A DNA stretch of 24,441 nucleotides from Desulfurellales bacterium (lineage in GTDB: Bacteria; Desulfobacterota; Binatia; HRBIN30; CADEER01). The position numbers were made by a program, and so were the translations under genes. The stretch spans positions 1,663 through 26,103 of the forward strand of contig JBBITY010000002.1 of the NCBI GenBank assembly GCA_037440565.1, in the 5' to 3' direction. Below, one piece after another: positions 17,762-23,261 of the stretch (the stretch's first letter is position 1; each line of letters starts with the position of its first letter). The notes beneath the pieces were generated by a model that did not search any database, was not told where the DNA came from, and was given only the letters and a program-made list of their open reading frames with translations.

Positions 17762-17959
17762 ATGCGCATTACGGTGCTACCGCAACACAAGCAGGTGGAG
17801 CTGAGCGGCCGCCGCCGTGCGAGCGAGGTGTTGACCCAGCTCGGTTTCCTGCCCGGCACGGCCATGGTGATCCGCGGCGACCAACTGGTGCTGGAGCACG
17901 AGATGCTGGACGCAGACGACGTCGTCGAAATCCGTTCGGTGATCTCCGGGGGGAGCTGA
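17762..17959 (+). CDS. ttuB: Ubiquitin-like ThiS/MoaD-family sulfur carrier (TtuB-like), 65 aa
   Basis: MRITV...VLTQLG..PGTAMVIRGDQLV......L...DVVEIRSVISGGS; beta-grasp pattern, directly upstream of ttuA. Confidence 0.88.
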   Translation: MRITVLPQHKQVELSGRRRASEVLTQLGFLPGTAMVIRGDQLVLEHEMLDADDVVEIRSVISGGS

Positions 17960-17962
17960 GCG

Positions 17963-18970
17963 ATGGCCGCCCTGCCGCCGGAACACGCCGGCGCGCGGCA
18001 GCGCGCGGGCGAACCGAGCTCGGGCCGCCGAAGGTCGGCGCGATGGACGTTCTGCCGGCGCTGCCACGCCAAAGCCGAGGTCACGCTCCGGCATCACAAC
18101 GCCGCGTTCTGCCGCGCGTGCTTCACCTTCTACCTGCAACGGCAGGTGGAGCGCACGATCGAGAAGGAACGGATGTTCCGCAAGGACGAGCCGGTCCTCG
18201 TGGCCGTGTCCGGTGGCAAAGACAGCTTGGCGCTTTGGGATATCCTCGTCGAGCTGGGCTTCCTGACCACCGGGCTCCACTTGTCCCTCGGCATCGGCGC
18301 GTATTCGGACCAATCGACGCTGAAAGCCACTCAGTTCGCCAACGCGCGCGGGCTGACGCTGATTACGGTCCCGCTGGCGGAGGAAGGATTGGCCGTGCCA
18401 GCGGTGGCGGCATTCACCAACCGCCCCGCGTGTTCGGCCTGCGGAGCACTCAAACGTCACTACTTCGACCGGCTCGCCATTGACCGGGGTTTCCCCGTCC
18501 TGGCCACCGGCCACAATCTCGACGACGAAGCGGCGCGTCTATTGGGCAACGTGCTCCATTGGCAGATGGATCACTTGGCCCGGCAACGCCCGGTCCTGGA
18601 ACCCACCCACGAGCGCTTCGTGCGCAAGGTAAAGCCCCTGTATCGCTGCAGCGAGTACGAGACCGCCGTGTACGCGTTTTTCCGCGGTATCGACTACATG
18701 ATCGAGGAGTGTCCCAACAGTGTGGGTGCGACCCAGCTTGTATACAAGGACATGCTGAACCGGCTCGAGGCCGTCAGCCCGGGCAGCAAGTCGACCTTCG
18801 TCCGGGAGTTTCTCCGCCGGGGTCGACTGCTGGCGGCAGCGTCCCCTGTTGCGCCACCCCAGGCGTGCGAGCGCTGCGGGATGCCGTCGTACGGGGGGCT
18901 GTGCGCCTTCTGCCGGCTGGTGCGCGAAGTGGAGGTCAAACGAGAACGGCGCGCCGCCGCGCGGCCCTAG
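17963..18970 (+). CDS. ttuA: TtuA/NcsA-family [4Fe-4S] tRNA 2-thiouridine synthase (TIGR00269-like)
   Basis: N-terminal CxxC..CxxC Zn finger, PP-loop VAVSGGKDSLALW, LHLSLGIGAYS, ACSACG, ATGHNLDDEA, VKPL, EECPN, C-terminal CERC...LCAFC. It tracks Thermus TtuA motif by motif as I recall it. GGAG SD 7 nt before the ATG. Confidence 0.9.
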   Translation: MAALPPEHAGARQRAGEPSSGRRRSARWTFCRRCHAKAEVTLRHHNAAFCRACFTFYLQRQVERTIEKERMFRKDEPVLVAVSGGKDSLALWDILVELGFLTTGLHLSLGIGAYSDQSTLKATQFANARGLTLITVPLAEEGLAVPAVAAFTNRPACSACGALKRHYFDRLAIDRGFPVLATGHNLDDEAARLLGNVLHWQMDHLARQRPVLEPTHERFVRKVKPLYRCSEYETAVYAFFRGIDYMIEECPNSVGATQLVYKDMLNRLEAVSPGSKSTFVREFLRRGRLLAAASPVAPPQACERCGMPSYGGLCAFCRLVREVEVKRERRAAARP

Positions 18971-19022
18971 GGTGGTCCCGACCCGGCCGCTTCGCTGCGC
19001 TCGGCACACGACGCGAACCGCC

Positions 19023-19862
19023 ATGACGGCTTCATCCCGCGAACGGCTGCAGGCAGGGGAGAGCGTCCTCTTTATCGATCGCAAGGAACGGGAGTACCTG
19101 CGCGTCCTGCAGCCCGGGACGCGGCTGCGCGTGCGCGACGGCACCATGCAAGCCGACCACCTCATCGGCTTGGCCGAAGGCAGCACCGTTTACAACTCGG
19201 CGATGGAGCGGTTTCTCGTGCTGCGGCCCACCCTCGCAAGTCTGATTCCAAACCTCCCGCGGCGCGCCCAGGTCATCTATCCCAAGGACATCGGCCCGAT
19301 CTTGCTCTGGGGCGACATCTACCCTGGCGCGCGCGTTCTGGAAGTAGGCGCGGGACCAGGCGCGTTGACGATGGCCCTACTGCGGGCGGTGGGGCCGGCG
19401 GGGCAATTGATCTCGTATGAGGCGCGCGAAGACTTCTGCCGGATGGCGGAGGCGAACGTGCGGCAATTCTACGGTGAGGCGCCGAACTGGATCCTGAGGC
19501 GGGCGGACGCCACTCACGGGATCGACGAGCACGATCTCGATCGCCTGTTGATGGATATCCCGGAACCGTGGACGCTGTTGCCCGCGGCCGGCACCGCGCT
19601 GCGCCCGGGCGGGGTGCTGGTTGCCTACGTCCCAACCGCGCTGCAGGTCAAGCAGTTCGTCGATCAGGCTCGGAGTGGCGGCTTTGGCGCCGTCCAGGTC
19701 ATGGAAACGTTGATTCGCTTCTGGCACGTGAAGGGGCTCAGTGTGCGCCCGGAGCACCGCATGATCGGCCACACCGGCTTCATCATCAGTTGCCGCCGAC
19801 TAGCCGACAGCGGGGTGGCAACGGCCGACGCGGCGACGTTGACTCCGCGCGGCGGCGTGTAG
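19023..19862 (+). CDS. trmI: tRNA (adenine-58-N1)-methyltransferase
   Basis: HLIG..EGS.V, FLVLRP.L, PRRAQVIYPKD, VLEVGAGPGALT, SYEAREDF, MDIPEPW, YVPT..QV, VRPEHRMIGHTGFI. Confidence 0.93.
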   Translation: MTASSRERLQAGESVLFIDRKEREYLRVLQPGTRLRVRDGTMQADHLIGLAEGSTVYNSAMERFLVLRPTLASLIPNLPRRAQVIYPKDIGPILLWGDIYPGARVLEVGAGPGALTMALLRAVGPAGQLISYEAREDFCRMAEANVRQFYGEAPNWILRRADATHGIDEHDLDRLLMDIPEPWTLLPAAGTALRPGGVLVAYVPTALQVKQFVDQARSGGFGAVQVMETLIRFWHVKGLSVRPEHRMIGHTGFIISCRRLADSGVATADAATLTPRGGV

Positions 19863-19894
19863 TAGCAGAGGGCCGTTCGCGTGCGACCAGCACC

Positions 19895-20632
19895 ATGACG
19901 AAGGATGCGATCCGGCACAAGGTGTGGACCCGTGTAACCGTGGCCGGGGTGGCCCGCTTCCCTAGTCCATATGGACGCGTGCCGAATTTCACCGGTGCGG
20001 AACGCGCGGCGGGCCTGCTGTGTCAACTGACGATCTGGAAGCGGGCCAAAGTGATCAAGGTGGAGGCTGGCGCGCCCCAGCTCGCCGTTCGGCGCGCGGC
20101 GCTGCAGCAGGGGAAAATCCTTTACCTGCCGATACCGGGCCTGCGCGCGGAGCGCTGCTTCGTCGAGGTGGATCCTGCACGTCTGGGTCCGAAGGCCTGG
20201 CGCGCGGCCACGCTGCGCGGCGCGCTGCAGTACGGACGCCCGGTCGCGCCGCACGAGCTGCGTCCGGTCGATCTGGTGATGGTCGGGTCTGTCGCGGTGT
20301 CGCGCCAGGGGGCACGAGTCGGCAAGGGTAATGGCGCCAGCGATCTCGAGTACGCGTTGCTGCGGCAGGCGGGCAAGGTGCGCGAGTACACGCCGATCAT
20401 CACCACCGTCCACCCGCTGCAAGTCGTCGAGGACCGCATCCCGATGCGTGCGCACGACATCCCAGTCGATTTTCTCGTGACGCCGGATCACGTGGTCGCC
20501 GCTCCGAGTCTGTACCCGCGCCCGCGCGGCATTCTGTGGGACCTGCTACCCGACGAACGCATCCGCTCGATCCCCATTCTGCGCAAAGGGCGACGCGACA
20601 GCCGGGGAACGAGCACACCGGGTCACTTTTGA
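19895..20632 (+). CDS. 5-formyl-THF cyclo-ligase paralog, archaeal/MTHFSD type
   Basis: IRHKVW, ARFP.P.GRVPNF.GA..AA, PQ..VR..AL..GK, VDLV.VGSVAV...G.R.GKG.G.SDLE, TTVHPLQV, HD.PVD...TP. Confidence 0.85.
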   Translation: MTKDAIRHKVWTRVTVAGVARFPSPYGRVPNFTGAERAAGLLCQLTIWKRAKVIKVEAGAPQLAVRRAALQQGKILYLPIPGLRAERCFVEVDPARLGPKAWRAATLRGALQYGRPVAPHELRPVDLVMVGSVAVSRQGARVGKGNGASDLEYALLRQAGKVREYTPIITTVHPLQVVEDRIPMRAHDIPVDFLVTPDHVVAAPSLYPRPRGILWDLLPDERIRSIPILRKGRRDSRGTSTPGHF

Positions 20633-20681
20633 CCTCGCCGAGCGGGAGCGCGCCTTCGCCGTACCCCCACTCCGGACCAAC

Positions 20682-21179
20682 TCACCGCTCGCGGCGCCTC
20701 CTGCCTGACGCCCGTGCACGAGGCCGGGCGAGTTGGATCGCCACCTCGACCGCCTCGGCAGGAGTACGAGCCACGCGAACGCCTGCGACGTGCTCCCATG
20801 CGTTCAGGACGACCACAGGTCGGCCGAGTTTCAGCGCGAGGGCGATCTCTGAGGCCGTGCCGTGCTCACCCGAAAGCGCGATCACCGCGTCACCCGATGC
20901 CGCAACGATGACGTTGCGCGCATGTCCCATCCCGGTTGCCAGGGCAACCGCAATGGCGGGATGTGCCGCCGACAAATCGTAAGTCGGGAGCACACCGATC
21001 GTCAGCCCGCCGGCGCGCTTCGCACCGGAAGCGGCGGCGCCCATCACCCCGCCGAGTCCACCACACACGAGCACGGCACCGCGGCGGGCGAGCGCCGCGC
21101 CGACTGCCGCTGCGGCCCGCGCGATGGGCCGCGAACACTTCCCCCCTCCGATGACCGCTATCTGCAGGCGTCGGGTCAT
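20682..21179 (-). CDS. TIGR00725-family LOG/DprA-like Rossmann-fold protein
   Basis: IAVIGGG, LVCGGLGGVM.A...GA...GG.TIGVLP, TGMGHARN, GEHGTASEIALALKLGRPVV. Confidence 0.88.
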   Translation of the reverse strand: MTRRLQIAVIGGGKCSRPIARAAAAVGAALARRGAVLVCGGLGGVMGAAASGAKRAGGLTIGVLPTYDLSAAHPAIAVALATGMGHARNVIVAASGDAVIALSGEHGTASEIALALKLGRPVVVLNAWEHVAGVRVARTPAEAVEVAIQLARPRARASGRRRRER

Positions 21180-21361
21180 GGCTCTGCACAGTATGCTACG
21201 CGTCGGCCGTCGGCCAGAGGACGCCTCGCCCCATTTTCTCACCTGTTTGCTGCTGCGGCCGCCCTCGCGACGGAACCCGGCGAGAAATGCGGGCTGGCGG
21301 GCACGTGTCGCGCCCCAGTTGCCAGCGGCCGCCGGGTTGGATAGAGGGATCGGGACGACAA

Positions 21362-21805
21362 ATGGCGACCGTCAGGAACGAAAAGAAAGAGCGATCATGG
21401 CCAGCCATTCTGGGGTGGGGTGGCCTATTCGTCTTCGCCGGGATCTTCGCCTGGCTGATTATCAGCCAGCTCCAGTCGGCGCAGACGTGGTCTGGGCGCA
21501 AGAACGAGGCCGTGGAACTGGTGAAGAACTTCCGGCCGGGCGGCCCGAACACCGAGACCCTGTACGACTTGATCCGGGCATACTCACTCAAAGCCAAGGA
21601 ACAAGACGCCTACGTCGGTGAGTTCACCTGGGACGCGAAGCAGAAAGACGGTCCAGATTACGAGGTCACCCTGCTCTGGAAAGAGGGGGAACGGCATCGC
21701 GTCGCGGTATGGCGCGTCAACCTGGGGAGCAGGGAGATCCGTCCCCAAGGCGAGGAAGCAGCGAACCTTCCGCAGCGGGCGAAGACCGGCCTAATCGGCA
21801 GTTGA
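21362..21805 (+). CDS. Hypothetical single-pass membrane protein, 147 aa
   Basis: Basic N-tail, one TM helix (WPAILGWGGLFVFAGIFAWLII), then a soluble domain of normal composition. GAGGG SD-like element upstream. Confidence 0.75.
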   Translation: MATVRNEKKERSWPAILGWGGLFVFAGIFAWLIISQLQSAQTWSGRKNEAVELVKNFRPGGPNTETLYDLIRAYSLKAKEQDAYVGEFTWDAKQKDGPDYEVTLLWKEGERHRVAVWRVNLGSREIRPQGEEAANLPQRAKTGLIGS

Positions 21806-21895
21806 AAGCCAGATGGCCTGGTGTGGGACCGGAGGGCAGACGTTCGCGCATACCACGCCCCACGATCTGGCATCGCTGCGCAGCATCTCGGCGAG

Positions 21896-22585
21896 CTAGC
21901 GCTGGCGTGCCCGCTGCAGCTCCAGAAACCGCTGCCGCCATCTGACCGCGCGCCGGGCGTACACGCGAACGAGTTGTTCCGAACATCCGGCCAGAAAGAC
22001 ACGGGCGGCGACGACGATCACCAGCACATCGTCGGCCAGGCCCGCCAGTGCGGCGCGGTCCGGGACGAGATCGCGTCTGTAGACTCCGTAGACCATCGCG
22101 CCGGCCAGGAGCAGCTTCCTACTGACCGAGACCTTCGGCGTCAACACGAGGCGGGCATGCACGTAGAGCATGAGCGGAACGTAGTTGGCGAGGACACGCA
22201 GCCCGTCTCGGCGCCATGCGGCCACGAGCCCCCGATCGACGAGTAAGGCGACGAGCACGACGGGCACGAAGAGAAGCGCCCGCCCGAGCCATGCTCCCCA
22301 TGTTTCGGTCGAGCGCGACACCGTGCGGAAGATACGCCGGAGCCAGCGCCGAGTCCCTTTTAGCAACGCCTCGGCAGATTGACCGAGGGTCTGTTCGAAA
22401 GGCCTCCCCGTTTGGCTAACAAGTGATGCCCCCTCCCCAAGACCCCCGCTGGGCGCTAGCACGACACCCCGCGCCGCCGTGAGTCTATACCGTTCGCCGC
22501 CGCCAATGCCGGCTAGGAGCACGAGGCCGAGGATCAACACGAACATCTTTCCACTGTGATTCCCCGCCTCCATTGTCGTCACCAT
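21896..22585 (-). CDS. Membrane protein with divergent YkvA/DUF1232 C-terminal domain
   Basis: RLVLTPKV....KLLL.GAMVY....DLVPD.....GLADDVLVI plus N-terminal hydrophobic segments. Start may be 22585 or 22573. Confidence 0.65.
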   Translation of the reverse strand: MVTTMEAGNHSGKMFVLILGLVLLAGIGGGERYRLTAARGVVLAPSGGLGEGASLVSQTGRPFEQTLGQSAEALLKGTRRWLRRIFRTVSRSTETWGAWLGRALLFVPVVLVALLVDRGLVAAWRRDGLRVLANYVPLMLYVHARLVLTPKVSVSRKLLLAGAMVYGVYRRDLVPDRAALAGLADDVLVIVVAARVFLAGCSEQLVRVYARRAVRWRQRFLELQRARQR

Positions 22586-22705
22586 GCTAGAGCCGCGGCG
22601 AGAAAGTCAACTCCCGCGTCGGAGACAAGCGGATTCCACAGAACCTGCCATCGGATTGACGGTTGGGGCTTCTGATCGACGTGCCGCACGATTCGAAAAT
22701 ATCTG

Positions 22706-22721
22706 TGGCATATCGCTTGCT
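22706..22721 (+). promoter_or_regulatory. sigma54 (RpoN) -24/-12 promoter
   Basis: TGGCATATCGCTTGCT versus consensus TGGCACG-N4-TTGCW; exact GG-N10-GC spacing; intergenic, correctly oriented, 58 nt before the XRE start. Confidence 0.7.
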
Positions 22722-22779
22722 GACCCGAACCAAGCAACGACGCCAAGGCGTGGCTCTGAGATTGGAGGAAACACAAACA

Positions 22780-23028
22780 ATGGAAGACAACATGAGCAAC
22801 TTCGTCCGCCGGCTTCGGCGTCAACTCGGGATGACTCAAGAGGAGTTCGCTCACGCACTCGGGATTACCGTCGGCACCGTCAATCGCTGGGAAAACGGGC
22901 GCTTTCGCCCCAGTAAGCTCGCACGCGCCACAATCACGGAGTTTGCCCGCCGTCACGGTGTGGCCGTGAATGCTCCGGCGCCGGACGGCGGCACCACCTC
23001 ACCCGAGCGCGAAGGGCCTATGCACTGA
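22780..23028 (+). CDS. XRE-family helix-turn-helix regulator, 82 aa
   Basis: VRRLRRQLGMTQEEFAHALGITVGTVNRWENGRFRPS. GGAGG SD at 22764-22768; ATG 22792 is an alternative start. Confidence 0.92.
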   Translation: MEDNMSNFVRRLRRQLGMTQEEFAHALGITVGTVNRWENGRFRPSKLARATITEFARRHGVAVNAPAPDGGTTSPEREGPMH

Positions 23029-23083
23029 CTTGGCCGCCGAACACTTGCTCTCTCCGGGCCGCTCGACTCCGGCACTCCTCCCC

Positions 23084-23107
23084 AAGTCGGGCGGCCCGCT
23101 TTTCTTT
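23084..23107 (+). terminator. Possible intrinsic terminator after the XRE gene
   Basis: aag(t)cggg-cgg-cccg-ctt followed by ttcttt; short stem and an interrupted U-tract. Confidence 0.4.
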
Positions 23108-23139
23108 CTACTCACAGCTTGCGAGCAAACCCCTCGGGG

Positions 23140-23213
23140 TGGAGCGCCCGCTCCAGAACGGCGCGCGCGGAGGCGCGGCTCCAGTCCTGCGGGCGGGGCC
23201 AGTGCTCCCGCCC
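23140..23213. repeat. Hairpin cluster related to the lolD-bamA repeats
   Basis: tggagc-gccc-gctcca (23140-23155), ggag-gcgcgg-ctcc (23169-23182), gggcgggg...tcccgccc (23191-23213). gtgctcccgccc at 23202-23213 is identical to 14059-14070. Confidence 0.6.
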
Positions 23214-23261
23214 TTCCACCCGTGTTCCTGCCTACCCCCACCTGGATTTCTTCACACGCTC

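Noticed and set aside
17957-18001. Confident selenocysteine call at the ttuB UGA
   Set aside because: The apical loop lacks a clear unpaired G at its start, Sec after GG-S has no precedent I know, and ttuA has its own SD. Kept only as a low-probability readthrough idea.
18990-19002. CTTCGCTGCGCTC in the ttuA-trmI gap resembling a REP core
   Set aside because: Only 13 nt, single copy here, and no flanking stem arms.
1766-19894. Long N-terminal extensions in the ORF track (kdkA from 1966, lpxK 3262, lpxI 10159, skp 11945, bamA 14008, trmI 18849, 5-FCL-like 19568)
   Set aside because: They overlap neighbouring genes or repeats, are low-complexity, and better starts with SD sites or coupling overlaps lie downstream.
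22656-22684. TTGACG as a sigma70 -35 for the XRE gene
   Set aside because: No acceptable -10 at 16-18 nt; the -24/-12 motif fits far better.
22780-23028. XRE as a prophage repressor or toxin-antitoxin antitoxin
   Set aside because: No integrase, phage gene, att-like repeat or adjacent toxin ORF.
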